From Paraspadella gotoi (lineage: Eukaryota > Animalia > Chaetognatha), in assembly GCA_051294375.1 (NCBI GenBank), contig JBJCIZ010000868.1:9988-73987 (forward strand): a DNA stretch of 64,000 bases, given 5' to 3'. Shown piece by piece: positions 25,801 through 38,206 of the stretch. The notes beneath the pieces were generated by a model that saw only the letters and a list, made by a program, of their open reading frames with translations, was not told the DNA's origin and searched no databases. The position numbers and the translations under genes were made by a program. Numbering within the stretch: position 1 is the first letter of the stretch; each line of letters opens with the position of its first letter.

Positions 25801-27813
25801 ATCGGTTGTGGCGCTGCGTCTTGGCGCGCTGGCAAGTGTCGCATGACGCCGCCCATCGTGCGACGTCGGAAGAGACTGATGGCCACACAAAACGCGTCGT
25901 TACGAGTTTTTTGGATGCGCGAACTCCCGGGTGAGCGATGCCATGTGTGGCGTCGAAAACGCGTCGGCGCCATGACGCTGGAACAAGTGGGCGTGCCCGG
26001 GAGCCAGAGATGTCGCAAATGAGCGTCGTGTTGCTGATCGGAACTGTTTTGAGACGGAGCGCCGTATGGGGGTCGTTGAGAAGACGCTGGACATCCTCGT
26101 CGGCGGCTTGATCGGCCGCCATTGCCTCGAAATTGACTTGAAGGGCGCCGATGGCGTTGACGGTGGCGGCAATGTCCTCACGTGCTTTTTGCGCGTTCGA
26201 GGCTGGTTCACGGTGAGCTGCGGGGATTGGCGGGGGCGATGGTGTGGGAGTTGGAGTTGAAGTTGGAGTTGGCGGTCGTGAAAGGGCGTCGGCGACGACG
26301 TTCGCCTTTCCAGCTATATGACGAATGTCGCCCGTGAATTCGGCGATGCCCGCCAACTGGTAGGTCTGCCTCATGGTGTGAGGCTCGGCCTTCTTCCGCA
26401 GCGCCGGAACGAGCGATATGTGGTCGCTGAAAAGCGTGAAGCGGCGTCCCTTCGAACATTGGCCCGAAACATGGCGGATAGAGGCCGTGGCGGGCGAGGA
26501 GTCCTTGTTCCAAAAGGCGGCCATTTGCGCTGATTTGGTTTCAGTGGCTTTGAATGGAACCCCAGAGGCTGCCACTGGCCCGTTGACCAGCTGTTCGAGG
26601 ACGGCGCCGACGGCGACGTCGGAGGCGTCGACAGTGAGAGAAAGAGGAGCGCCGTCGATTGAATGTACCAGCATAGTGGAGTCGGCGAGGGCGTCTTTGA
26701 TCGCCTTGAAAGCGGCGTCTTGGGGCGCCGCCCACTTGAGTGCGCGCGGTTTGCCGCGAAGAACTTCAAGGAGGGGGTCTAGATGATGAGCGGCGTGGGG
26801 AACGAAACGGCGGTAATAATTGAAGACCCCGAGGAAGCGTTGGAGTTCTTTGATGGTGGTGGGCGTGGCCATTGTACGCAACGCCTCCACCTTCGCTGGA
26901 AGTGGGCTGACACCATTTTTGTCGACGTTGTAGCCAAGAAACTCTAGGCTGGAGGCGCCGAAAACGCACTTGGCGCGATTGACAATGAGGCCATTGTCGG
27001 CGAGGGCGTTGAAGACGCGCTTGAGATCTTCTTGGTGCTCCTCGTGTGAATGAGATGCCACAAGGAGGTCGTCTAAGTAGACGAAGATGTGGGGGATGCC
27101 GGTCAGGACTTGATCCATCATGCGTTGAAAGTCCTGACCGGCATTTTTTAGCCCGAATGGCATGAAGAGAAATTCGTAGAGCCCAAATGGCGTAATTATC
27201 GCGGTTTTGTGGCGGTCTTCCTTCGCGACGGGGATCTGATGATACCCCTTGCAGAGGTCGATCTTCGAGAAGACCGTCTTCCCGGCAACGTCGGCGTTGA
27301 AATCCATTAGGTGACGGATCGGGTAGCGGTCGTCAACGGTGACGCCATTGAGGCGCCGATAATCGCCGCAAGGACGAAGAGAGCCATCGGGTTTACGTGT
27401 CACATGGAGGGGCGACGCCCAAGCCGAAGTGGATCGTCGGATTATGCCGAGTTCCAACATTTTTTCGAACTCGGCCTTGGCGGCGGCGAGTTGATCAGGG
27501 GCGAGGCGGCGGGCGCGGGCGAAGACGGGCGGACCTTTCGTGGGTATGTGGTGTTCGACGCCGTGTTTGGGCGGCGCCGAGTTAAAGACGAGTTTTGTGA
27601 GTTCCGGTCGCTCATCGAGAAGCGTGGAGTAGGCGTCACGGACGTGCAGAACGCGAGGTGGCGCCGCGGCTGAGGCGGCGTCGTGGGCATGGCCAGAGAT
27701 GACCATATAATCGTCGAGGTCAAGAAGGATACGGCGTTGATGATCGACGCCGAGATGATGTTCCATTAAAAAATCGGCTCCGAGAATGGGCGTGGCAACG
27801 TCGGCGATGATGA
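25800..27813 (-). CDS. pol: Pol of element A (protease end, RT, RNase H, integrase HHCC)
   Basis: ILGADFL; LRPCGDYRRLN; FSKIDL..GYHQI; MPFGLKNA; YLDD; VDASD; H..AHPG..C..CQ. Confidence 0.93.
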
Positions 27814-28090
27814 NNNNNNNNNNNNNNNNNNNNNNNNNNNNNNNNNNNNNNNNNNNNNNNNNNNNNNNNNNNNNNNNNNNNNNNNNNNNNNNNNNNNNNN
27901 NNNNNNNNNNNNNNNNNNNNNNNNNNNNNNNNNNNNNNNNNNNNNNNNNNNNNNNNNNNNNNNNNNNNNNNNNNNNNNNNNNNNNNNNNNNNNNNNNNNN
28001 NNNNNNNNNNNNNNNNNNNNNNNNNNNNNNNNNNNNNNNNNNNNNNNNNNNNNNNNNNNNNNNNNNNNNNNNNNNNNNNNNNNNNNNNNN

Positions 28091-29357
28091 CGCCGGCGTT
28101 GGCGTTTGACGGCGCCATTGGGCATGGGCGTCCGTCACGATTCGTCCCGTGGCATTTGAAGGCGTTGGAGCCGAAATTGTAATGGTAGAAGCATTTAGCT
28201 TCACCCATTGGCGGTTCGCGGTGTGGCGGGGAGCGAGGCGTCANNNNNNNNNNNNNNNNNNNNNNNNNNNNNNNNNNNNNNNNNNNNNNNNNNNNNNNNN
28301 NNNNNNNNNNNNNNNNNNNNNNNNNNNNNNNNNNNNNNNNNNNNNNNNNNNNNNNNNNNNNNNNNNNNNNNNNNNNNNNNNNNNNNNNNNNNNNNNNNNN
28401 NNNNNGCTGCTGCGAAAAAGGGCGTTGCGTTGAGCGCGGCGGCGGCCGGCGGACTGCGTTCGCATAAGAAAAGGCGGCATCGTCGGCGTCAGTTGATTCA
28501 TTTGGAGTCTCCAGTGGCTCGTCCGCTGTGACCTCAATGGAGTTGACGGCGTTCACCGAGGTTGAGGCGCGGTCGGAGCTGCGAAGTTGGCCAGAAGGGA
28601 GAAAAAACTCGTCGGCGTCTTTGGCGATGTCGACGGGCTTCTTGTCCTTCCTGACGGCGTGTTCTCTCATGCTCTGAGGAAGAGCGGCAGCCAATATGGC
28701 GGCCTTGATGTGATCGATGGTGAGGCCTTCAAGGACGGCGTCAATCGCAGAGAGGTGTTGAGAGGGGGTGACGCCTTTCAGCGACGTCATCTTCAGCGCC
28801 TTTGCGGCGCGTCTGTTGGCATCTTCACCATATATGTCTTTCAAGTGGGCGACGAGGTTGTTATGGGCGTCGGGACCTTCATCAATGCGCAAGGCATGTG
28901 GAATAAGCCGGTGGCGGGAGATGGGGATGGCACTGAGGATTTGCGCCTTCTTCTCTGCCGGATTGGTGACGCTGGTGGCGCCGAATTCCACAGCGGTGTG
29001 GTCCAGCCACTCTTCAATGTGGTCGGGATCAAAAGTCGTCAGCTTTGGGTTCCGTCTTCTTGCAGGGGCGTCGGAGGCAGGTCGGGGGCGGACTGCGTCG
29101 TCAGCGTGGTTGGCGTCGCTGGTGCCATTGTTTTCATTCGGAGGTAGTTCCGTTGATGCGGTGCTTGCATCTGCTGATGGAGGGTTTGGTCTCTCTGTGA
29201 CCGAGGCGAGTCTCGCGTTCATCTCAAAGAACATTTCAAAAAGTTTTTCAATTTTGCTTTCGAGGTTAGGGACAGATGTTGAGGAGGCGGCGTCGTGAAA
29301 TGCGTCGTCGCGGACGGCGCCGTCAGAATGTGAGGCGTTGCGCGTTGTTACTGGCAT
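28091..29357 (-). CDS. gag: Gag of element A (gapped)
   Basis: ATG at 29357; KLTTFDPDHIEEWL..EF, TPSQHL, and a Mag-type knuckle CFYHYNFGSNAFKC..PC. Confidence 0.85.
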
Positions 29358-30032
29358 TGTGTCTATTTCTTCGTCGGCGGGAGATGGAGGACGTAAAGTA
29401 CTTGGACGGCGGGACATCAAGGAGAAAGAAAGAAAATGAGTTGAGATATTTTATGTTTTTTTTTTTGTTTTTTTTTCTTTTGTGTGTGTGTTTTTTCACG
29501 GGGCTCACCACGTATGGACGACACAAGTTTCAGAGTAAGAATGATTTATTCTTTCAACATGGTTAATAACAATAACAGTTAAAAGCTCAGATGCTAAGTC
29601 TATAACAATGGATATTTACAGGGTCAAAGTTTGACCATAAGGGGAAGAGCAATACAATCGAGGGTAAGGTTGAAATATAGGTCAAATGGTTTGGCCGAGG
29701 TTGCGTGTTGTTAATTGTTCGTCCACAACAACACTTTTTTGTAAATCATTTGGCCGAGTGCTTAGCGCGCCGAATTTCAACGTTAAGAAAGAGGTTTCAG
29801 GTTCAAATCTGGCTGAAGTTTCTTTTTACCAAAAGTACTGATGTCCAAAAATTGGTCATAGAGCAATGGCTTACCAAAGGGGGAGTAGCCATATGTGACC
29901 TCGATATCTCTTTAAAATTATCATTTGTACTCAAGTTACAGAGCTTGCCGTCTCAGAAATTCTAGACGAATGCTACTGTAGCTTATCGAGAAAGAAATCG
30001 AGCCAGAGTCGGATTTTTTAAAAGTAATTCTT

Positions 30033-30068
<36 letters not shown>

Positions 30069-30119
30069 CTCTCTTTTTTAGTAGGTATAAAAAGCGGGTC
30101 CTAGGGGACTGGAAAAACT

Positions 30120-30235
30120 GTGGGACCATTTCTGGGGGACGAAGTTGAACGGGACCATCTCAGTGGGACGATCGTAGTGGGACGTAGTGGAGCGGGATGA
30201 AGTTGAGCGGGACGATCTCAGCAGGACGATCATCG
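30120..30235. repeat. ~15-bp GGGACGA.. tandem repeat (possible DNA transposon subterminal repeats)
   Basis: About 8 copies of GGGAC(G/C)A spaced 13-15 nt apart. Confidence 0.55.
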
Positions 30236-30618
30236 GTGGGAGGGAAACTTACCTAGCGTGACAGTTTAATTAACGGACACGCGACGAGTGACCTTAGTGA
30301 CCCGTCGCGTTTTGGTGACAGATGGTATTAAAGGTCAAATCTCACACTTTGTTTAGGATTCATTGTTTATGATTGACAGTTGTCTGTGCGGGTGACAAAC
30401 GAGGTTCACGGTCAATTTTTTTTTAATCTTCACCCTATGATTGATTGCTCGCGAGTACTCGCGAGTGTGACAGCCAAAGGTCAAATTTTCAAGGTTTATT
30501 TCGCGTGTTTGGTGCGAAGAGAATAATGGAAAGCTTTGATTTGCGCTGGCCTCACCCAACGCGAGCCATTTTGTCAGGTTTGTTTGTTTACATTATTGAG
30601 AATTTATTTTAGTTTTTA

Positions 30619-30851
30619 AATATTAGGAATTGTTTATTGTTTGCCAATACAACGATTTTTATTGTCAATAGAACATGTTTCGACTCTGTTTATTCGAGTC
30701 TTCATCAGCTTTGAAAAAAACGTTATCAAAATGCTCTACACATTAATGTAGAGTCGAAACATGTTCTATTGACAATAAAAATCGTTGTATTGGCAAACAA
30801 TAAACAATTCCTAATATTCACTTAGCAACGAAAAGAGAGAAAATAATACAA
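30619..30851 (-). mobile_element. Mini Penelope-like fold-back insertion with intact minimal hammerhead
   Basis: Arms 30619-30687 and 30750-30818; minus strand tcaaag-CTGATGA-A-GACTC(9)GAGTC-GAAACATGTT-ctattga; 33-nt tail 30819-30851; TSD AGTTTTTAAATA at 30611-30622 and 30852-30863. Confidence 0.85.
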
Positions 30852-30999
30852 AGTTTTTAAATAATAATAATTTTTTAATATCTGTAATAAAAAAGTAGGG
30901 GACGACTTTTTTATGTTAAATAGATCAGTTATTAGCATAGAAAAGATTAAAATATATAATATGTTAAAATATTTACGTTAAGTATTAATTTTCTTGCTA

Positions 31000-32890
31000 T
31001 TTATAATCTATTCCACACGGTCACTTTGCCCTAGCTTTGGCAATGACCTTAGATTGACCGGACACAGTAATAGGGCCGAGGCGACCGTAAGGTCAAGTTG
31101 GTCCGGGCGATGATAAAAGTGGATCTACTTCTCTTACATCGTCACAATTCTTCACCTTCTCCTCACTTTTATTAATATTATTTTCGTCTTCTACATTGGT
31201 GAACCCGACTTAAGATAAGTAGCCTTCTGATTTATACTAATACTGATTGATTGATTTATGATCGGATTGATCGAGTAATTGATCGATTATTTTATTTAAT
31301 TAGTGGAAAAGATTCACTCAGTTTCATTGCCTATTTTCGCGATCAGTTTATTTTCGATTTTTGGCGCATTTTTCTTCAAAGAATTTTCAATTTCAAAAAT
31401 TAAACGATTTTTCGAAATTTCTATTTTTCTCAGTCGCGCGCGTCCCACATTTTCGTTTTTTTAAAGTCCAACATTTCGTCTCGTCTACCATCTTCTACCT
31501 GGATTACCTCATCAAAGCTCAAGATTAATTTTTTTTATTAGGCGTTTTCAACGATTTCTCTTGAGCTCAATTTTGAATTTTTTGAAATACGATACTAACC
31601 CTAATCAATTCTTATCCCTTTTTTGAAAAAATTTATAATTAGCTCTAAGTTTTAAAATTTAACTTTTTTTAAAATCTAACCTACGGTATTGTGAAAAACC
31701 GTCTCGCCAATGCGTTTTTCATTTTACTGCGCCGTTTAAGCAAGTTTTATCAGAAATTTTGCTAGCTCTATTGCTATAGAACAATTATGCGAAAATTTTT
31801 CTTTCTGATTTTTCCCTTGATTAAAAATATTGAAAAAATTTTTGACTTTTCTGTTCGGCGCAGATTTAGACATTAATACAGTAAATATTTTACAGCCAGC
31901 ACTTCCTGCAGATCATCATGGAACACATCTTGGATCTCGAAGCTCCCCAAGGACGTGGAACCCGCCGCGCCTCCACCTCGCCGTCAGCAGAGAACCTCAA
32001 ACGACGCTGCACAGAGGACGTCGTCACGCCACCCACCATCACCGTCGAGCAGGACCCCACCACCGACCTCATCACTCCACCATCGCCGACCAAGATGACG
32101 CCTTCAAGACGCCGCGTGGCGATCAAACCAGGGTAAAGAGCGTTTACACACCCCCCCCAATCCAATGTCGGCTCCCTTTGAACCGTACCAGGATCTTCAA
32201 ATGGGCTTATTACCACCTTCAACAACAGGATCCTGGGATTGGAGGCAAAACAGGATAGTTTCAATGCGAGCGTAAAGACATCAATAGAATACCTCACATC
32301 ACAGGTTCAGCGCCTGCTAGCAGCTCAGCAGGCACCACCGGCGATGCCGCACAGGTCCACAGGCGACCTCAACCAAAGATTGTGCCAGTTCGCAGGGCAG
32401 CAACACCCGTTCGACGCCGACGCGGTAGGAGCCTCCTCCACCGTACCCATGGATTATCAGACGTCATGCACCAACCGTTCCAAGACGCCTAAGTTGCCGC
32501 CTTTTGATGTCGGCAACATCCGAGCCTGGCTTGCTGCAGTCGAGGGGAGTTTCCACCTCGCTGCAGTTGTGGATGAGCAGCACAAAAAGATGCACCCGCA
32601 GGAGCATCAGGTGTTGGTCAAGGGTTTTTACACCAATGACCACCCTGTCTCAGGTGGGTATCAGGCCCTGAAAAGGCACCTGTCTGAGCTGTTCGCCGAG
32701 AAGCCCCGGCAGAAGGCACAGAAGCTCCTAGGTCATCACTTCCTCGCAGGACGCACTCCTTCGCAGTTTGTGGCCGCACAGCGCGCTGAGGTCGAATCCC
32801 TGACGATCGACCATCTCCTCAACGCGATCCTGTCTGAGGTCCTCCCAGCCCACGTGGCCGGAAGGGTAGTCAGTGATGGGGATGAGACCA
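31000..32890 (+). mobile_element. gag: Truncated Mag-like Gypsy: LTR end, PBS and frameshifted gag
   Basis: ...CTACA (31195) followed by TGGTGAACCCGAC (tRNA-Trp-like PBS); ORF 32239-32890 KLPPFDVGNIRAWLAAVEGSF..GRTPSQF..LTIDHL is homologous to element A gag. The LTR start is not resolved. Confidence 0.75.
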
Positions 32891-33131
32891 ATTTCTTTTA
32901 TACTTTTAATTGAAACAGTCTACAAAGCCTATTGGCTGATAATTACAAGTTGCAATGTACATTGAATGCGCAGATGACGATTTTGGGGGTAGGGCCCAAA
33001 ATCGCCGTCTCCCATTGGACGATAATTATTTAATTATTTTACACCAATCAGATACGTCTGCCTCTGGTGGCCAGCTCAGAAACTAGTATTTATAACTTTT
33101 CCCTTTACGAGTTTTACGATGACAATAATGG

Positions 33132-33163
<32 letters not shown>

Positions 33164-33629
33164 GGGGGTGTTTACCCTTTACAACCCTCCCCCCCAAGGA
33201 GAGAAAAAAGGTGAGTAACCTTTTTTCGTACATGTATATCCTTTTCACTTAATTTAAACGATCCTTTCTCTCACAAATAATATTTTTGTTGTCCCATTCA
33301 TTTTATTTTCACCTTGACCTCGCTTCTTTCCATTTATTAACTCTTTTTTCGACATGACCACCAGACGCACAGTTCTACAATACGTAAGTATTACTATCAC
33401 GGAATACGTAATTTCTTTAGGTAAAGTTTAAAATAACAAATTCAACATGTCAAAATAATCGAAAATCACAGAAATAAAATTCTAGTTCAGTAACGTAATC
33501 TCAATTAAATTGTTGATAAACAAACATAAATTGACGAGAATTATAGCACGAGATAATTTTGGGAACACAAAAAAAAGCAAGTAAATATCAAGTAAAGATG
33601 TCGCTTACATCTTGCATTTACTATTCACG

Positions 33630-33743
33630 ATGCAATTTACTCTGGGATTTTTCCAAACTTTATTTTGCATTATTTTGATTTTGAACTTTGCAAAAGGGCA
33701 GAATTACGGATACGATTACGAAATCGTTTATTATGGTAATACA
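33630..33743 (+). CDS. Exon 1 (signal peptide) of the antisense gene of family B
   Basis: MQFTLGFFQTLFCIILILNFAKG|QNYGYDYEIVYYGNT; also present at 59335 and 61926 with CACC-ATG context. Confidence 0.6.
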
Positions 33744-34167
33744 TAGGACTAAGCTCTGACAAAAAAAGGCAGAGGTTTTTTTAATATATTCTCCTTGGAA
33801 TAAGTATCCTCGTGAAATAATAGAACGGGAAATAAAAGGTAAAGCGTTTATTGAGAGAGAGGCGTCCAGTAATCAGCAAAATGTAAGAACAACGGGAGAA
33901 ATGTGTAAAAGTGAAATCGTGAAAATCAATGAGCCCCGTGAGGAAGAGGACGAGGAATGGGGAGGAAGAAGATGCAGGAGGTGAAGCCCCTCCTCCTCAT
34001 CGCGCCCCATACTTTGACCGAGATGGCATCTTTATTTCATAAAAGTCCACTTTACTCTTCTCTATTCGATTCCACCTAATTCCATCAAATTCAACTTTTC
34101 TTCTCTATCCGATTCCACTTAATTCTATCAAATTCCACTTTTCTTCTCTATCCAATTCTACTTTATT

Positions 34168-34865
34168 TAGGACTAAGCTCTGACGAAAAAAGTCAGAGGT
34201 TTTTTTAATATATTCTTTGACCGGCCAATGTAGAATGATGGCAATATTGCTATTTTTAAGTTTCAAAAAAATCCGACCATAAATATAGAAAATATTAACC
34301 AAAATCTTCGGAAAATCCACCCCTTCTTTGGAAGATTTTCGCCATATAAGATTTTTTCCGAATCTGACTCCCCCTTAGCTCCTCTTTTACTTTTACTTTA
34401 AATAAAAATTTCATCAAAATGGACTAATTCACTTTAACATGATCATATCATATTAAAATAACCAAATGAAATGTAAAGAAAAATTTTGAGAGCCCTTCAG
34501 ACATATTGCTATCGGATTCCTGAATTCGAAGTTTATTGTAAAATGACAACATACCTTAAATGCGTTGACATTGTATTGAAGTTGAGAAATCCCTTTATTT
34601 TATATATAAAAATTGCGTCAAAAATATTTTCCCGAGCGGACCAGTCCATTTGAATCGAATGGTTCAATGTCAAAATGATGGTTTTTTGTCAAGAGGAAAA
34701 AAATGCGAGCCCTTCAAATGTAACAGGATCGGAATCGAGTGTTTTTACATCTGTTTTTTACCTGAATTTTTCCCAGGGGCGTTGACATTATTTGGTAGTC
34801 AGATTTTAACGAAAATCTCCATTGAAAAAGTCTTCCTCAATTTCTAAGAACGACGTAGACTCCTA
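34168..34865. mobile_element. ~700-bp non-autonomous element, TAGGA...TCCTA ends, 7-bp TSD
   Basis: TSD CTTTATT on both sides; second copy at 47564-48285; a related 5' end at 33744. Confidence 0.8.
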
Positions 34866-35534
34866 CTTTATTCCATCAAATTCCACTTTTCCAAAAAATT
34901 CCACTCCTCTTCCACGTCAGATTTCGTTTTATTCCATGTTGCCAATCTCAAATGGCTTCGCCAAAGAGAGAGTGAGAGAAGGAGAAATTGACTCAGAGAT
35001 TTTTTTATTTAGAAATAGTAGTTAATATTTGGCATCAAGCAACGGCAGGTGAACAGTGCATTGCTCATTCACATCACCCTGAAATTAAATTAACTATGGA
35101 GGGCAAAGTTTGCCGTGAAGTAGAAGTAATGATTCGTTTTCAAATTGAAATATTTATAAACCCTCTGCCGTGAGTAGGCAAATAACACGCGAATTTTTTC
35201 ATATATTTGTTGTGTTGACAGTTCCTCGCCAGCTAGCGTGATGCAGGAGCCTTCCGGGCGACGTATGGCCACTTCGTCGGTCGCGATTGGAAAGGGCATC
35301 CCCGCCATGCGAAATGATTAACGTAGGGGCGTGGCGAACGCGCGCGGGCGAAACTTGTTTGGCGTACCTCATCTCGTATCGCCGGTAGCCGAAGCTCGCG
35401 TCGTCGCACTTACATCTTTAATAAGTTCCGGTCTTGCAATTGCAAGGTGCGGCGATGCTGGTGCTGCTTGAAGCTTTTCATTTGTCTTCAGGTTTCACTA
35501 AGTGAAGTCCCCACTCTCCATATTCCTTGGCGAA

Positions 35535-36395
35535 ACGGTGTCTCTCAAGTGGAATTAAGTTTTCTCTCTGCTGGAAAACATCAATGGAATCAGTCATTCA
35601 TAGATGGAACAGCAAATCGGTGACAGAACCAATTTTTCTTTTCGTGGAAATGGCGATGGAACCAACTCTCTCCTTGATGGAACCGAATCTTTGTCCGGCA
35701 GAATTGCATATCGGCAATGGAACCAAGTCCCTCCATGATGGAACCGATTTTTTGTCGATGGAATAGGTTTCCCTTGATGAAACCAATTTTTTCGGTGGAA
35801 ATGGCGATGGAAGCCAAGTCTTTCATGGATGGAATCGAATCTCTCCATGACGGAATCGAGGTTTTCCTTCGTCGATGGGACGGCGTCCCGAGACTCCTTG
35901 ATGGAACCAAAGTCATCTCCGTTGGAATCGCGTCTTTCGGCGACGGAAAAGGTTTTCTCTTTGATGGAACCGAGTCTTTCCCTTGGTCGAATCACGCCTT
36001 GGCGATGGAACCAAGTATTTCGTTGATGGAACTCGGTGGAACCGGTTCCCGTCAATGGATCCGAGTATTTCTCTGATGGAACCAAATCTTTGTTTGGTAG
36101 TTCCATATTGACGATGGAACCAAGTATTTCCCTCATAGGGCCGAATCTCTCCTCGATGGAATCGCGTCTCAGCGATGGAACCAAGATGGAACCGATCTCT
36201 CCATGTTGGAATCGTGCGTCGGTGATGGAACCGAACCTTTGTTTGGTAGAACTGCATATCGGCGATGCAACAAAACATTTCCTTCGTAGGACCGAATCTC
36301 TCCGCGATAGAATCGCATCTCAGCGATGGAACCGCGTCTTTCAAGGATGTAATTGGATCTCTCTCCGATGGAATCGCGTCTCGGTGATGGAGAAA
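35535..36395. repeat. ~20-21-bp minisatellite with conserved (C)GATGGAA(C/T)C core
   Basis: Roughly 35-40 cores at regular spacing with variable linkers. Confidence 0.85.
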
Positions 36396-37309
36396 CGTCC
36401 AGAATGCTTTGTCTGACTTCTACTGAGGGAAGATCGACGCTCTCGCCGAATTCCTGACTCCGGGGAAAAAAAAATTATGACATGTACTTAAAGGTCAAAC
36501 GCGGCACGGTACCAATTTTCAACCTCAATTTTCAATTTTCAACCAAACTTTAAAACAACGATCGACGGCGTAAGGAGAAGAGAAAAGGGGAAAAATATTT
36601 TTCTCTACTTTAAACCCGCGTTGTGGCGCCGCGTCAAAGAGAGCGCCATCTCGCGTGAGACGTCGGACTCGACGCCGGAATTTACCAAAGGTTTATTAGA
36701 AAGAAAAGGAAAAAAGAAACTGTCGTTTCCAACTTTCTTTCTTTCTTTCGTTTCCAACTTTTTTTTTCTTTCTTTCTTTCTTACACCGCGCCCGCCAAAG
36801 TCATTAAAGTCGAACTTCAAATCNNNNNNNNNNNNNNNNNNNNNNNNNNNNNNNNNNNNNNNNNNNNNNNNNNNNNNNNNNNNNNNNNNNNNNNNNNNNN
36901 NNNNNNNNNNNNNNNNNNNNNNNNNNNNNNNNNNNNNNNNNNNNNNNNNNNNNNNNNNNTTTGTAGTTATTTCGACTGTCTCGAGTCCTTATCGGGTTTA
37001 AAAACCCTTTCTCGTCTTTCAAAGTGACAGAAAAATTGAGTACTCGTGACCTCAATCTCAATTCTTTCTCTTTTCCTCAGATGTTTTCGGCGTCGGCGGG
37101 ACCGTCTCCGATTTCCACTTTGACGATTTCGACGATTTCCACTTTGATGGGGACGGTGACCGTCTTCCCTACCGGCAACAGGGCGGCGGCGATAGCGGCG
37201 GCGCTATTCGCGCTCTATAGCCCTATAGCTCTATAGCGGCGGCAGCGAATCTTCCGGTTTCTCTCGTCGTCGGGAGAGCATGTTTATCTTTAAAAAGAGC
37301 CTTTTTCAC

Positions 37310-37875
37310 TCGTGAAGGGCAGGGAATCTTACCCACACTCGGCGTCACCCTTTTCTCGGCGGAAAAGGTCCGGGGAAGGTCTTCTCCTCCTCGGCGAAAC
37401 TCTTCTCTCGGCGGAGAAGGACTGGGGAAAGGCTTCCCCTACTCAGCTTCGCCCTTTTCTTTCGGCAAAGAAGGGCCGGGGAAAGTCTTCCCCTACTTGG
37501 CGACGCTCTTCTCTCGACGGAGAAGTCCAGGGAAAAGACTTTTCCCTTCTTCCTCTCTTCGGCGAGGCCCTTCTCTCAACGGAGAATTCCGGGGAAAACG
37601 ACGTTTCCCTTCTCTTACTCTTCTTCGGCAGGGCCCTTCTCTCGACGGAGAAGTCCAGGGAAAAACGACGTTTCCCTTCTCTCTTTCTTCAGCAAGGCCC
37701 TTCTCTTGGCAGAGAAGTCCAGGGAAAAACGTCGTTTCCCTTCTTTCTTCCTTTAGCGAGGCCCTTCTCTTAGCAGAGAAGTCCAGGGAAAAACGTCGTT
37801 TCCCTTCTCTTTCTTTTCTTCAGCGAGGCCCTTCTCTTGGCAGAGAAGTCCAGGGAAAAACGTCGTTTCCCTTTG
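37310..37875. repeat. ~59-bp tandem repeat with two hairpins per unit
   Basis: CTTCTC-N6-GAGAAG and GGGAAA-..-TTTCCC in each of ~9 units. Confidence 0.85.
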
Positions 37876-38206
37876 GCGTTCCTGAGTAAAAAAAAGATTA
37901 ACGCCTTCAGCCCTGCCTTCCTTTCTTCCTTCTTCACTCCGTTCAAAAAGGCAACAAGGGTGGGTAGAGACGGCGACGATGTGATTCAGAATGAAATCAG
38001 AATGAATCAAGACAGACGAAGAGAGAAAATGAAGAGAGAAATTTGTTACATTAAGTAACATTTTTTTCTATTTTTCTTCTTCATGATTAAATTGATATAT
38101 TTTTTTTAATGCCGAAAAAAAGAACGAAAAATATGAAAAGAAAGTCTTCAGGAATACAGGGTGGAAAGGTGGTTAATGTACAAGACAGCACATTGGGCGC
38201 CACCTC

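Larger units (their letters stand above)
22820..29730 (-). mobile_element. Ty3/Gypsy LTR retrotransposon A (Mag-like), near full length
   Basis: Near-identical ~215-bp LTRs at 22820-23035 and 29511-29730; PBS-like TGGTGAGCCCCGTG (29510-29497); PPT GGTGGGGGGA before the 3' LTR; gag, RT, RH and INT in Gypsy order. Confidence 0.93.

Noticed and set aside
35535-36395. CRISPR-like repeat-spacer array
   Set aside because: Core is only ~8-10 nt, linkers are ~11 nt and related to each other, there are no cas genes, and the context is eukaryotic.
35527-37889. 100-200-aa ORFs on both strands
   Set aside because: Open frames arise from stop-poor tandem repeats and show no domain motifs.
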